Source of the DNA: Eledone cirrhosa
Lineage: Eukaryota
Assembly: GCA_964016885.1 (NCBI GenBank)
Contig: OZ024741.1
Coordinates: 257,238,001-257,302,000, forward strand
DNA: 64,000 bases
Direction of reading: 5' to 3'
In this document: positions 12,401 to 27,200 of the stretch, piece after piece
How positions within the stretch are numbered: the stretch's first letter is position 1
Layout: each line of letters starts with the position of its first letter
The notes under the pieces: model-generated
The model's database searches: none
Seen by the model: the letters and a program-made list of their open reading frames with translations, nothing else
Told to the model about the DNA's origin: nothing
Translations under genes and position numbers: made by a program

Positions 12401-13112
12401 TTTAACTTACGAGTGTTTCGACTTGCAAGTGTTTCGACTTACGAGTGTTTCGACTACGAATGTTCCGACTTACGAGTGTTTCGACTTACGAGTGTTTCGA
12501 CTTACGAGTGTTCTGACTTACGGGTGTTCCGACTTACGAGTGTTTCGGCTTACGATTGTTTTGACTTACGATTGTTTTGGCTTACGAATGTTTCGACTTA
12601 CGAGTGTTTCGACTTACGAGTGTTTTGACTTACGAGTGTTTTGATTTAGGGGTGTTTTGACATACGAGTGTTTCCATACGAGTGTTCTGACTTACGAGTG
12701 TTCTGACTTACGAGTGTTCTGACTTACGAGTGTTCTGACTTACGAGTGTTCTGACTTACGGGTGTTCTGACTTACGAGTGTTCTGACTTACGAGTGTTTC
12801 GGCTTATGAGGGTTTCGACTTACGAGTGCTTCGGCTTACGAGTGTTTCGACCTACGACTGTTTCGGCTTACGAGTGTTTTGACTTACGAATGTTTTGGCC
12901 TAGGAGTGTTTCGGCTTACGAGTGTTTCGAATTACGAGTGTTTCGACTTACGAGTGTTTTGACTTACGGTGTTTCGGCTTACGAGTATTTCGACTTACGA
13001 GTGTTTTAACTTACGGGTGTTTCGACTTACGCGTGTTTCGACTTACGAATGTTCCGACTTACGAGTGTTTCGACTTACGAGTGTTTCGGCTTACGAGTGT
13101 TTCGACTTACGA

Positions 13113-13189
13113 AAATAACAAGTAGACGCGGATTCAAATATCTATGCTTTTCAAATTCATTACATTAATCTTTATTTATACGTTTCGCT
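13113..13189 (+). repeat. 77-bp block, copy 4 (CAAGTAGACGCGGATTC allele)
   Basis: Two substitutions shared only with copy 9. Confidence 0.97.
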
Positions 13190-13489
13190 TTACGAGTGTT
13201 TCGGCGTACGAGTGTTTCGACTTACGAGTGTTTTGACTTACGTGTGTTTCGGCATACGAGTGTTTTGACTTACGAGTGTTTTGACTTACGGGTGTTTCGG
13301 CTTACGAGTGTTTCGACTTACGAGTGTTCTGACTTACGAGTGTTCCGACTTACGAGCGTTCCGACTTACGAGTGTTTCGGCTTACGAGTGTTCCGACTTA
13401 CGAGTGTTTCGACTTACGAGTGTTTTGACTTACGGTGTTTCGGCTTACGAGTGTTTTGACTTACGAGTGTTTTGACTTACGGGTGATTT

Positions 13490-16400
13490 GACATACGAGT
13501 GTTTCGATACGAGTGTTCTGACTTACGAGTGTTCTGACTTACGAGTGTTCTGACTTACGAGTGTTCTGACTTACGAGTGGTCTGACTTACGGGTGTTCTT
13601 ACTTACGAGTGTTCCGACTTACGGGTGTTCTGACTTACGTGTGTTCCGACTTACGAGTGTTTCGGTTATGGGTGTTTCGACTAACGAGTGTTTCGACTTA
13701 CGAATGTTTTGGCTTACGAGTGTTTCGGCTTACGAATGTTTCGACTTACGAATGTTTTGGCTTACGAGTGTTTCGGCTTACGGGTGTTTCGACTTACGAG
13801 TGTTTCGACTTACGAGTGTTTTGACTTACGGTGTTTCGGCTTACGATTTATTCGACTTACGAGTGTTTCGACTTACGGGTGTTTCGACTTACTGGTGTTT
13901 CGACTTACGAGTGTTTCGACTTATGAGTGTTTCGACTTACGAGTGTTCTGACTTACGAGTGTTCTGACTTACGAGTGTTCCGACTTACGAGTGTTTCGGT
14001 TTACGAGTGTTTCGACATACGAGTGTTTTGACTTACGGGTGTTTCGACTTACGGGTGTTTCGACTTACGAGTGTTTCGGCTTACGAGTGTTTCGACTTAC
14101 TAATGTTTTTACTTACGAGTGTTTCGGTGTACGAGTGTTTAGACTTAAGGATGTTTCGACTTGCGAGTGTTTCGACTTACGTGTGTTTCGGCTTACGTGA
14201 GTTTCGACTTAAGAGTGTTCTGATTTACGAGTGTTCTGACTTGCGGGTGTTCTGATTTACGAGTGTTCCGACTTACGAGTGTTTCGGCTTATGAGTGTTT
14301 CGACTTACGAGTGTTTCGGCTTACGAGTGTTTCGACTGATGGGTGTTTCGACTTACGAGTGTTTTTACTTACGGTGTTTCGGCTTACGAGTGTTTCGACT
14401 TACGAGTGTTTCGACTTACGAGTGTTAAGACTTACGGGTGTTTTGACATACGAGTGTTTCGATACGAGTGTTTCGACTTACGAGTGTTACGAGTGTTCTG
14501 ACTTACGAGTGTTCTGACTTACGAGTGTTCTGATTTACGAGTGTTCTGACTTACGAGCGTTCTGACTTACGAGTGTTTCGGCTTACGAGTGTTTCGACTT
14601 ACGAGTGTTCTGACTTACGAGTGTTCCGACTTTCGAGCGTTCCGACTTACGAGTGTTTAGGCTTACAAGTGTTCCGACTTACGAGTGTTTCGAGTTACGA
14701 TTGTTTTGACTTACGGTGTTTCTGCTTACGAGTGTTTCGACTTACGAGTGTTAAGACTTACGGGTGTTTTGACATACGAGTGTTTCGATACGAGTGTTTC
14801 GACTTACGAGTGTTACGAGTGTTCTGACTTACGAGTGTTTCGACTTACGAGTGTTTTTTTCACTTACGGGTGTTCCGACTTACGAGTGTTTCGACTTACG
14901 AGTGTTTGGACTTACGGGTGTTCCGACTTACGAGTGTTTCGGCTTACGATTGTTTCGACTTACGAGTGTTTCGGTTTACGAGTGTTTCGACTTACGGGTG
15001 TTTTGACTTACGATTGTTTGGGCTTACGAATGTTTCGACTTACGAGTGTTTCGACTTACGAGTGTTTTGACTTACGGTGTTTCGGCTTACGGGTGTTTTG
15101 ACTTACGAGTGTTTTGACTTACGCGTGTTTTGACATACGAGTGTTTCGATACGAGTGTTCTGACTTACGAGTGTTCTGACTTACGAGTGTTCTGACTTAC
15201 GAGTGTTCTGACTTACGAGTGGTCTGACTTACGGGTGTTCTTACTTACGAGTGTTCCGACTTACGGGTGTTCTGACTTACGTGTGTTCCGACTTACGAGT
15301 GTTTCGGTTATGGGTGTTTCGACTAACGAGTGTTTCGACTTACGAATGTTTTGGCTTACGAGTGTTTCGGCTTACGAATGTTTCGACTTACGAATGTTTT
15401 GGCTTACGAGTGTTTCGGCTTACGGGTGTTTCGACTTACGAGTGTTTCGACTTACGAGTGTTTTGACTTACGGTGTTTCGGCTTACGATTTATTCGACTT
15501 ACGAGTGTTTCGACTTACGGGTGTTTCGACTTACTGGTGTTTCGACTTACGAGTGTTTCGACTTATGAGTGTTTCGACTTACGAGTGTTCTGACTTACGA
15601 GTGTTCTGACTTACGAGTGTTCCGACTTACGAGTGTTTCGGTTTACGAGTGTTTCGACATACGAGTGTTTTGACTTACGGGTGTTTCGACTTACGGGTGT
15701 TTCGACTTACGAGTGTTTCGGCTTACGAGTGTTTCGACTTACTAATGTTTTTACTTACGAGTGTTTCGGTGTACGAGTGTTTAGACTTAAGGATGTTTCG
15801 ACTTGCGAGTGTTTCGACTTACGTGTGTTTCGGCTTACGTGAGTTTCGACTTAAGAGTGTTCTGATTTACGAGTGTTCTGACTTGCGGGTGTTCTGATTT
15901 ACGAGTGTTCCGACTTACGAGTGTTTCGGCTTATGAGTGTTTCGACTTACGAGTGTTTCGGCTTACGAGTGTTTCGACTGATGGGTGTTTCGACTTACGA
16001 GTGTTTTTACTTACGGTGTTTCGGCTTACGAGTGTTTCGACTTACGAGTGTTTCGACTTACGAGTGTTAAGACTTACGGGTGTTTTGACATACGAGTGTT
16101 TCGATACGAGTGTTTCGACTTACGAGTGTTACGAGTGTTCTGACTTACGAGTGTTCTGACTTACGAGTGTTCTGATTTACGAGTGTTCTGACTTACGAGC
16201 GTTCTGACTTACGAGTGTTTCGGCTTACGAGTGTTTCGACTTACGAGTGTTCTGACTTACGAGTGTTCCGACTTTCGAGCGTTCCGACTTACGAGTGTTT
16301 AGGCTTACAAGTGTTCCGACTTACGAGTGTTTCGAGTTACGATTGTTTTGACTTACGGTGTTTCTGCTTACGAGTGTTTCGACTTACGAGTGTTAAGACT

Positions 16401-16850
16401 TACGGGTGTTTTGACATACGAGTGTTTCGATACGAGTGTTTCGACTTACGAGTGTTACGAGTGTTCTGACTTACGAGTGTTTCGACTTACGAGTGTTTTT
16501 TTCACTTACGGGTGTTCCGACTTACGAGTGTTTCGACTTACGAGTGTTTGGACTTACGGGTGTTCCGACTTACGAGTGTTTCGGCTTACGATTGTTTCGA
16601 CTTACGAGTGTTTCGGTTTACGAGTGTTTCGACTTACGGGTGTTTTGACTTACGATTGTTTGGGCTTACGAATGTTTCGACTTACGAGTGTTTCGACTTA
16701 CGAGTGTTTTGACTTACGGTGTTTCGGCTTACGGGTGTTTTGACTTACGAGTGTTTTGACTTACGCGTGTTTTGACATACGAGTGTTTCGATACGAGTGT
16801 TCTGACTTACGAGTGTTCTGACTTACGAGTGTTCTGACTTACGAGTGTTC
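13490..16850 (+). repeat. 1,642-bp near-perfect tandem duplication
   Basis: ORFs 13593-15101 recur with identical translations at 15235-16743 (constant offset 1,642). The private variant GACTAACGAG is at ~13680 and ~15322. Boundaries are approximate. Confidence 0.93.
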
Positions 16851-17637
16851 TGACTTACGAGTGGTCTGACTTACGGGTGTTCTGACTTACGAGTGTTCCG
16901 ACTTACGAGTGTTTCAGCTTATGAGTGTTTCGACTTACGAGTGCTTCGGTTTGCGAGTGTTTCGACTTACGAGTGTTTCGGCTTACGAGTGTTTCGACTT
17001 ATGAGTGTTTCGACTTACGAGTGTTTTGACTTATGGTGTTTCGGCTTACGAGTGTTTCGACATACGAGTGTTTTGACTTACGCGGGTTTCGACTTACGGG
17101 TGTTTCGACGTAAGAGTGTTTCGAGTTACGAGCGCTTCGACTTACGAGTGTTTCGACTTACGAGTGTTTCGGCGTACGAGTGTTTTGACTTACGAGTGTT
17201 TCGACTTACGAGTGCTTTGACTTACGAATGTTTTGAATTACTTCGACTTACGAGTGATCTGACTTACGAGTGTTCCTACTTACGAGTGTTTCGTCTTACG
17301 AGTGTTTCGACTTGCGAGTGTTTCGACTTACGAGTGTTTCGACTTACGAGTGTTCTGACTTACGAGTGTTCTGACTTACGAGTGTTCTGACTTACGAGTG
17401 TTCCGACTTACGAGTGTTTCGACTTACGAGTGTTTTGACTTACGAATGTTCAGACTTACGAGTGTTTCGCCTTACGAGTGTTTCGACTTACGAGTGTTTT
17501 AACTTACGGGTGTTTCGACTTACGCGTGTTTCGACTTACGAGTGTTTCGATTTACGAGTGTTTCGACTTACGAATGTTCCGACTTACGAGTGTTTCTACT
17601 TACGAGTGTTTCGGCTTACGAGTGTTTCGACTTACGA

Positions 17638-17714
17638 AAATAACAAATAGACGCGGTTTCAAATATCTATGCTTTTCAAATTCATTACATTAATATTTAT
17701 TTATACGTTTCGCT
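17638..17714 (+). repeat. 77-bp block, copy 5 (TTAATATTTA allele)
   Basis: Substitution shared only with copy 10. Confidence 0.97.
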
Positions 17715-20700
17715 TTACGAGTGTTTCGGCGTACGAGTGTTTCGACTTACGAGTGTTTTAACTTACGGTTGTTTCGACTTACGTGTTTTTCGACTACGAA
17801 TGTTTCGACTTACGAGTGTTTCGACTTACGAGTGTTTCGACTTACGAGTGCTTTGACTTACGAATGTTTTGACTTACTTCGACTTACGAGTGATCTGACT
17901 TACGAGTGTTCCTACTTACGAGTGTTTCGACTTACGATTGTTTCGACTTGCGACTGTTTCGACTTACGAGTGTTTCGGCTTACGAGTGTTTCGGTGTTTC
18001 GGCTTACGTGTGTTTCGACTTACGAGTGTTTCGACCTACGAGTGTTTCGGCTTATGAGTGTTTCGACTTACGAGTGCTTCGGCTTACGAGTGTTTCGACT
18101 TACGAGTATTTCGGCTTACGAGTGTTTCGACGTACGAATGTTTTGGCTTACGAGTGTTTCGGCTTATGAGTGTTTCGACTTACGAGTGTTACGAGTGTTC
18201 TGACTTACGAGTGTTTCGACTTACGAGTGTTCTGACCTACGAGCGTTCTGACTTACGAGTGTTTCGACTTACGAGTGTTTTGACTTACGGGTGTTTCGAC
18301 TTACGAGTGTTTCGAGTTACGAGTGTTTCGAGTTACGAGTGTTTCGACTTACGAGTGTTCTGACTTACGAGTGTTCCGACTTACGAGCGTTCCGACTTAC
18401 GAGTGTTTCGACTTACGAGTGTTAAGACTTACGGGTGTTTTGACATACGAGTGTTTCGATACGAGTGTTTCGACTTACGAGTGTTACGAGTGTTCTGACT
18501 TACGAGTGTTTCGACTTACGAGTGTTCTGACCTACGAGTGTTCTGACTTACGAGTGTTTCGACTTACGAGTGTTTTGACTTACGGGTGTTTCGACTTACC
18601 AGTGTTTCGACTTACGAGTGTTTCGAGTTACGAGTGTTTCGACTTACGAGTGTTTTGACTTACGAATGTTCCGACTTACGGGTGTTTCGGCTTACGAGTG
18701 TTTCGACTTACGAGTGTTTTAACTTACGGGTGTTTCGACTTACACGTGTTTCGACTTGCGAGTGTTTCGACGTACGAGTGTTTCGACTACGAATGTTCCG
18801 ACTTACGAGTGTTTCGACTTACGAGTGTTTCGACTTACGAGTAATCTGACTTACGGGTGTTCCGACTTACGAGTGTTTCGGCTTACGATTGTTTTGACTT
18901 ACGATTGTTTGGCTTACGAATGTTTCGACTTACGAGTGTTTCGACTTACGAGTGTTTTGACTTACGGTGTTTCGGCTTACGAGTGTTTCGACTTACGAGT
19001 GTTTTGACTTACGGGTGTTTTGACATACGAGTGTTTCGATACGAGTGTTCTGACTTACGAGTGTTCTGACTTACGAGTGTTCTGACTTACGGGTGTTCTG
19101 ACTTACGAGTGTTCCGACTTACGAGTGTTTCGGCTTATGAGGGTTTCGACTTACGAGTGCTTCGGCTTACGAGTGTTTCGACTTACGAGTGTTTCGGCTT
19201 ACGAGTGTTTCGACTTACGAATGTTTTGGCTTACGAGTGTTTCGGCTTACGAGTGTTTCGACTTACGAGTGTTTCGACTTATGGTGTTTCGGCTTACGAG
19301 TGTTTCGACATACGAGTGTTTTGACGTACGGGTGTTTCGACCTACGGGTCTTTCGACTTACGAGTGTTTCGACTTACGAGTGTTTCGGCGTACGAGTGTT
19401 TCGACTTACGAGTGTTTCGACTTACGAGTGTTTCGACTTACGAGTGTTTCGACTTACGAGTGTTTTGAATTACGAGTGTTTTGACTTACGGTGTTTCTGC
19501 TTACGAGTGTTTCGACTTACGAGTGTTATGACTTACGGGTGTTTTGACATACGAGTGTTTTCGATACGAGTGTTTCGACTTACGAGTGTTTTTACTTACG
19601 AGTGTTTCGAGTTACGAGTGTTTCGACTTACGAATGTTTTTACTTACGAATGTTCTGACTTACGGGTGTTTCGGCTTACGAGTGTTTCGACTTACGAGTG
19701 TTTTAAATTACGGGTGTTTCTACTTACGCGTGTTTCGACTTGCAAGTGTTTCGACTTACGAGTGTTTCGACTACGAATGTTCCGACTTACGAGTGTTTCG
19801 ACTTATGAGTGTTTCGACTTACGAGTGTTCTGACTTACGGGTGTTCCGACTTACGAGTGTTTCGGCTTACGATTGTTTTGACTTACGATTGTATTGGCTT
19901 ACGAATGTTTCGACTTACTTCGACTTACGAGTGATCTGACTTACGAGTGTTCCTACTTACGAGTGTTTCGACTTAGGAGTGTTTCGACTTGCGAGTGTTT
20001 CGACTTACGAGTGTTTCGGCTTACGAGTGTTTCGGTGTTTCGGCTCACGTGTGTTTCGACTTACGAGTGTTTCGACTTACGAGTGTTTCGGCTTATGAGT
20101 GTTTCGACTTACGAGTGCTTCGGCTTACGAGTGTTTCGACTTACGAGTGTTTCGGCTTACGAGTGTTTCGACGTACGAATGTTTTGGCTTACGAGTGTTT
20201 CGGCTTATGAGTGTTTCGACTTACGAGTGTTTCGACATACGAGTGTTTCGGCTTACGAGTGTTTCGACTTACGAGTGTTTCGTCTTACGAGTGTTTCAGT
20301 GTTTCGGCTTACGTGTTTTTTGACTTACGAGTGTTTCGACTTACGAGTGTTTCGGCTTACGAGTGTTTCGACTTACGATTGTTTGGGCTTAGGAATGTTT
20401 CGACTTACGAGTGTTTCGACTTACGAGTGTTTTGACTTACGGTGTTTCGGCTTACGAGTGTTTTGACTTACGAGTGTTTTGACTTACGCGTGTTTTGACA
20501 TACGAGTGTTTCGATACGAGTGTTCTGACTTACGAGTGTTCTGACTTACGAGTGTTCTGACTTACGAGTGTTCTGACTTACGAGTGGTCTGACTTACGGG
20601 TGTTCTGACTTACGAGTGTTCCGACTTACGAGTGTTTCAGCTTATGAGTGTTTCGACTTACGAGTGCTTCGGTTTGCGAGTGTTTCGACTTACGAGTGTT

Positions 20701-21296
20701 TCGGCTTACGAGTGTTTCGACTTATGAGTGTTTCGACTTACGAGTGTTTTGACTTATGGTGTTTCGGCTTACGAGTGTTTCGACATACGAGTGTTTTGAC
20801 TTACGCGGGTTTCGACTTACGGGTGTTTCGACGTAAGAGTGTTTCGACTTACGAGCGCTTCGACTTACGAGTGTTTTGACTTACGAGTGTTTCGGCGTAC
20901 GAGTGTTTTGACTTACGAGTGCTTTGACTTACGAATGTTTTGAATTACTTCGACTTACGAGTGATCTGACTTACGAGTGTTCCTACTTACGAGTGTTTCG
21001 ACTTACGAGTGTTCTGACTTACGAGTGTTCTGACTTACGAGTGTTCTGACTTACGAGTGTTCCGACTTACGAGTGTTTCGACTTACGAGTGTTTTGACTT
21101 ACGAATGTTCTGACTTACGAGTGGTTCGCCTTACGAGTGTTTCGACTTACGAGTGTTTTAACTTACGGGTGTTTCGACTTACGCGTGTTTCGACTTACGA
21201 GTGTTTCGATTTACGAGTGTTTCGACTTACGAATGTTCCGACTTACGAGTGTTTCTACTTACGAGTGTTTCGGCTTACGAGTGTTTCGACTTACGA

Positions 21297-21373
21297 AAAT
21301 AACAAATAGACGCGGTTTCAAATATCTATGCTTTTCAAATTCATTACATTAATCTTTATTTATACGTTTCGCT
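21297..21373 (+). repeat. 77-bp block, copy 6 (majority AAATATCTATG allele)
   Basis: Direct sequence match. Confidence 0.97.
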
Positions 21374-24185
21374 TTACGAGTGTTTCGGCGTACGAGTGTT
21401 TCGACTTACGAGTGTTTTGACTTACGTGTGTTTCGGCATACGAGTGTTTTGTCTTACGAGTGTTTTGACTTACGGGTGTTTCGGCTTACGAGTGTTTCGA
21501 CTTACGAGTGTTCTGACTTACGAGTGTTCCAACTTACGAGCGTTCCGACTTACGAGTGTTTCGGCTTACGAGTGTTCCGACTTACGAGTGTTTCGACTTA
21601 CGAGTGTTTTGACTTACGGTGTTTCGGCTTACGAGTGTTTTGACTTACGAGTGTTTTGACTTACGGGTGATTTGACATACGAGTGTTTCGATACGAGTGT
21701 TCTGACTTACGAGTGTTCTGACTTACGAGTGTTCTGACTTACGAGTGTTCTGACTTACGAGTGGTCTGACTTACGGGTGTTCTTACTTACGAGTGTTCCG
21801 ACTTACGGGTGTTCTGACTTACGTGTGTTCCGACTTACGAGTGTTTCGGTTATGGGTGTTTCGACTTACGAGTGTTTCGACTTACGAATGTTTTGGCTTA
21901 CGAGTGTTTCGGCTTACGAATGTTTTGGCTTACGAGTGTTTCGGCTTACGGGTGTTTCGACTTACGAGTGTTTCGACTTACGAGTGTTTTGACTTACGGT
22001 GTTTTGACATACGAGTATTTCGATACGAGTGTTCTGACTTACGAGTGTTCTGACTTACGAGTGTTCTGACTTACGGGTGTTCTGACTTACGAGTGTTCCG
22101 ACTTACGAGTGTTTCGGCTTATGAGGGTTTCGACTTACGAGTGCTTCGGCTTACGAGTGTTTCGACTTACGAGTGTTTCGGCTTACGAGTGTTTCGACTT
22201 ACGAATGTTTTGGCTTACGAGTGTTTCGGCTTACGAGTGTTTCGACTTACGAGTGTTTCGACTTATGGTGTTTCGGCTTACGAGTGTTTCGACATACGAG
22301 TGTTTTGACGTACGGGTGTTTCGACCTACGGGTCTTTCGACTTACGAGTGTTTCGACTTACGAGTGTTTCGGCGTACGAGTGTTTCGACTTACGAGTGTT
22401 TCGACTTACGAGTGTTTCGACTTACGAGTGTTTCGACTTACGAGTGTTTTGAATTACGAGTGTTTTGACTTACGGTGTTTCTGCTTACGAGTGTTTCGAC
22501 TTACGAGTGTTATGACTTACGGGTGTTTTGACATACGAGTGTTTTCGATACGAGTGTTTCGACTTACGAGTGTTTTGACTTACGAGTGTTTCGAGTTACG
22601 AGTGTTTCGACTTACGAATGTTTTTACTTACGAATGTTCTGACTTACGGGTGTTTCGGCTTACGAGTGTTTCGACTTACGAGTGTTTTAAATTACGGGTG
22701 TTTCTACTTACGCGTGTTTCGACTTATGAGTGTTTCGACTTACGAGTGTTCTGACTTACGGGTGTTCCGACTTACGAGTGTTTCGGCTTACGATTGTTTT
22801 GACTTACGATTGTATTGGCTTACGAATGTTTCGACTTACTTCGACTTACGAGTGATCTGACTTACGAGTGTTCCTACTTACGAGTGTTTCGACTTAGGAG
22901 TGTTTCGACTTGCGAGTGTTTCGACTTACGAGTGTTTCGGCTTACGAGTGTTTCGGTGTTTCGGCTCACGTGTGTTTCGACTTACGAGTGTTTCGACTTA
23001 CGAGTGTTTCGGCTTATGAGTGTTTCGACTTACGAGTGCTTCGGCTTACGAATGTTTCGACTTACGAGTGTTTCGGCTTACGAGTGTTTCGACGTACGAA
23101 TGTTTTGGCTTACGAGTGTTTCGGCTTATGAGTGTTTCGACTTACGAGTGTTTCGACATACGAGTGTTTCGGCTTACGAGTGTTTCGACTTACGAGTGTT
23201 TCGGCTTACGAGTGTTTCAGTGTTTCGGCTTACGTGTTTTTTGACTTACGAGTGTTTCGACTTACGAGTGTTTCGGCTTACGAGTGTTTCGACTTACGAT
23301 TGTTTGGGCTTAGGAATGTTTCGACTTACGAGTGTTTCGACTTACGAGTGTTTTGACTTACGGTGTTTCGGCTTACGAGTGTTTTGACTTACGAGTGTTT
23401 TGACTTACGCGTGTTTTGACATACGAGTGTTTCGATACGAGTGTTCTGACTTACGAGTGTTCTGACTTACGAGTGTTCTGACTTACGAGTGTTCTGACTT
23501 ACGAGTGTTCCGACTTACGAGTGTTTCAGCTTATGAGTGTTTCGACTTACGAGTGCTTCGGTTTGCGAGTGTTTCGACTTACGAGTGTTTCGGCTTACGA
23601 GTGTTTCGACTTATGAGTGTTTCGACTTACGAGTGTTTTGACTTATGGTGTTTCGGCTTACGAGTGTTTCGACATACGAGTGTTTTGACTTACGCGGGTT
23701 TCGACTTACGGGTGTTTCGACGTAAGAGTGTTTCGACTTACGAGCGCTTCGACTTACGAGTGTTTCGACTTACGAGTGTTTCGGCGTACGAGTGTTTTGA
23801 CTTACGAGTGCTTTGACTTACGAATGTTTTGAAATACTTCGACTTACGAGTGATCTGACTTACGAGTGTTCCTACTTACGAGTGTTTCGACTTACGAGTG
23901 TTCTGACTTACGAGTGTTCTGACTTACGAGTGTTCTGACTTACGAGTGTTCCGACTTACGAGTGTTTCGACTTACGAGTGTTTTGACTTACGAATGTTCT
24001 GACTTACGAGTGGTTCGCCTTACGAGTGTTTCGACTTACGAGTGTTTTAACTTACGGGTGTTTCGACTTACGCGTGTTTCGATTTACGAGTGTTTCGATT
24101 TACGAGTGTTTCGACTTACGAATGTTCCGACTTACGAGTGTTTCTACTTACGAGTGTTTCGGCTTACGAGTGTTTCGACTTACGA

Positions 24186-24262
24186 AAATAACAAATAGAC
24201 GCGGTTTCAAATATCTATGCTTTTCAAATTCATTACATTAATCTTTATTTATACGTTTCGCT
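24186..24262 (+). repeat. 77-bp block, copy 7
   Basis: Direct sequence match. Confidence 0.97.
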
Positions 24263-27200
24263 TTACGAGTGTTTCGGCGTACGAGTGTTTCGACTTACGA
24301 GTGTTTTGACTTACGTGTGTTTCGGCATACGAGTCTTACGAGTGTTTTGACTTACGGGTGTTTCGGCTTACGAGTGTTTCGACTTACGAGTGTTCTGACT
24401 TACGAGTGTTCCAACTTACGAGCGTTCCGACTTACGAGTGTTTCGGCTTACGAGTGTTCCGACTTACGAGTGTTTCGACTTACGAGTGTTTTGACTTACG
24501 GTGTTTCGGCTTACGAGTGTTTTGACTTACGAGTGTTTTGACTTACGGGTGATTTGACATACGAGTGTTTCGATACGAGTGTTCTGACTTACGAGTGTTC
24601 TGACTTACGAGTGTTCTGACTTACGAGTGTTCTGACTTACGAGTGGTCTGACTTACGGGTGTTCTTACTTACGAGTGTTCCGACTTACGGGTGTTCTGAC
24701 TTACGTGTGTTCCGACTTACGAGTGTTTCGGTTATGGGTGTTTCGACTTACGAGTGTTTCGACTTACGAATGTTTTGGCTTACGAGTGTTTCGGCTTACG
24801 AATGTTTTGGCTTACGAGTGTTTCGGCTTACGGGTGTTTCGACTTACGAGTGTTTCGACTTACGAGTGTTTTGACTTACGGTGTTTCGGCTTACGATTTA
24901 TTCGACTTACGAGTGTTTCGACTTACGGGTGTTTCGACTTACTGGTGTTTCGACTTACGAGTGTTTCGACTTATGAGTGTTTCGACTTACGAGTGTTCTG
25001 ACTTACGAGTGTTCTGACTTACGAGTGTTCCGACTTACGAGTGTTTCGGTTTACGAGTGTTTCGACATACGAGTGTTTTGACTTACGGGTGTTTCGACTT
25101 ACGGGTGTTTCGACTTACGAGTGTTTCGGCTTACGAGTGTTCCGACTTACGAGTGTTTCGACTTACGAGTGTTTTGACTTACGGTGTTTCGGCTTACGAG
25201 TGTTTTGACTTACGAGTGTTTTGACTTACGGGTGATTTGACATACGAGTGTTTCGATACGAGTGTTCTGACTTACGAGTGTTCTGACTTACGAGTGTTCT
25301 GACTTACGAGTGTTCTGACTTACGAGTGGTCTGACTTACGGGTGTTCTTACTTACGAGTGTTCCGACTTACGGGTGTTCTGACTTACGTGTGTTCCGACT
25401 TACGAGTGTTTCGGTTATGGGTGTTTTGACTTACGAGTGTTTCGACTTACGAATGTTTTGGCTTACGAGTGTTTCGGCTTACGAATGTTTTGGCTTACGA
25501 GTGTTTCGGCTTACGGGTGTTTCGACTTACGAGTGTTTCGACTTACGAGTGTTTTGACTTACGGTGTTTTGACATACGAGTGTTTCGATACGAGTGTTCT
25601 GACTTACGAGTGTTCTGACTTACGAGTGTTCTGACTTACGGGTGTTCTGACTTACGAGTGTTCCGACTTACGAGTGTTTCGGCTTATGAGGGTTTCGACT
25701 TACGAGTGCTTCGGCTTACGAGTGTTTCGACTTACGAGTGTTTCGGCTTACGAGTGTTTCGACTTACGAATGTTTTGGCTTACGAGTGTTTCGGCTTACG
25801 AGTGTTTCGACTTACGAGTGTTTCGACTTATGGTGTTTCGGCTTACGAGTGTTTCGACATACGAGTGTTTTGACGTACGGGTGTTTCGACCTACGGGTCT
25901 TTCGACTTACGAGTGTTTCGACTTACGAGTGTTTCGGCGTACGAGTGTTTCGACTTACGAGTGTTTCGACTTACGAGTGTTTCGACTTACGAGTGTTTCG
26001 ACTTACGAGTGTTTTGAATTACGAGTGTTTTGACTTACGGTGTTTCTGCTTACGAGTGTTTCGACTTACGAGTGTTATGACTTACGGGTGTTTTGACATA
26101 CGAGTGTTTTCGATACGAGTGTTTCGACTTACGAGTGTTTTGACTTACGAGTGTTTCGAGTTACGAGTGTTTCGACTTACGAATGTTTTTACTTACGAAT
26201 GTTCTGACTTACGGGTGTTTCGGCTTACGAGTGTTTCGACTTACGAGTGTTTTAAATTACGGGTGTTTCTACTTACGCGTGTTTCGACTTGCAAGTGTTT
26301 CGACTTACGAGTGTTTCGACTACGAATGTTCCGACTTACGAGTGTTTCGACTTATGAGTGTTTCGACTTACGAGTGTTCTGACTTACGGGTGTTCCGACT
26401 TACGAGTGTTTCGGCTTACGATTGTTTTGACTTACGATTGTATTGGCTTACGAATGTTTCGACTTACTTCGACTTACGAGTGATCTGACTTACGAGTGTT
26501 CCTACTTACGAGTGTTTCGACTTAGGAGTGTTTCAACTTGCGAGTGTTTCGACTTACGAGTGTTTCGGCTTACGTGTGTTTCGGTGTTTCGGCTCACGTG
26601 TGTTTCGACTTACGAGTGTTTCGACTTACGAGTGTTTCGGCTTATGAGTGTTTCGACTTACGAGTGCTTCGGCTTACGAGTGTTTCGACTTACGAGTGTT
26701 TCGGCTTACGAGTGTTTCGACGTACGAATGTTTTGGCTTACGAGTGTTTCGGCTTATGAGTGTTTCGACTTACGAGTGTTTCGACATACGAGTGTTTCGG
26801 CTTACGAGTGTTTCGACTCACGAGTGTTTCGGCTTACGAGTGTTTCAGTGTTTCGGCTTACGTGTTTTTTGACTTACGAGTGTTTCGACTTACGAGTGTT
26901 TCGGCTTACGAGTGTTTCGACTTACGATTGTTTGGGCTTAGGAATGTTTCGACTTACGAGTGTTTCGACTTACGAGTGTTTTGACTTACGGTGTTTCGGC
27001 TTACGAGTGTTTTGACTTACGAGTGTTTTGACTTACGCGTGTTTTGACATACGAGTGTTTCGATACGAGTGTTCTGACTTACGAGTGTTCTGACTTACGA
27101 GTGTTCTGACTTACGAGTGTTCTGACTTACGAGTGGTCTGACTTACGGGTGTTCTGACTTACGAGTGTTCCGACTTACGAGTGTTTCAGCTTATGAGTGT

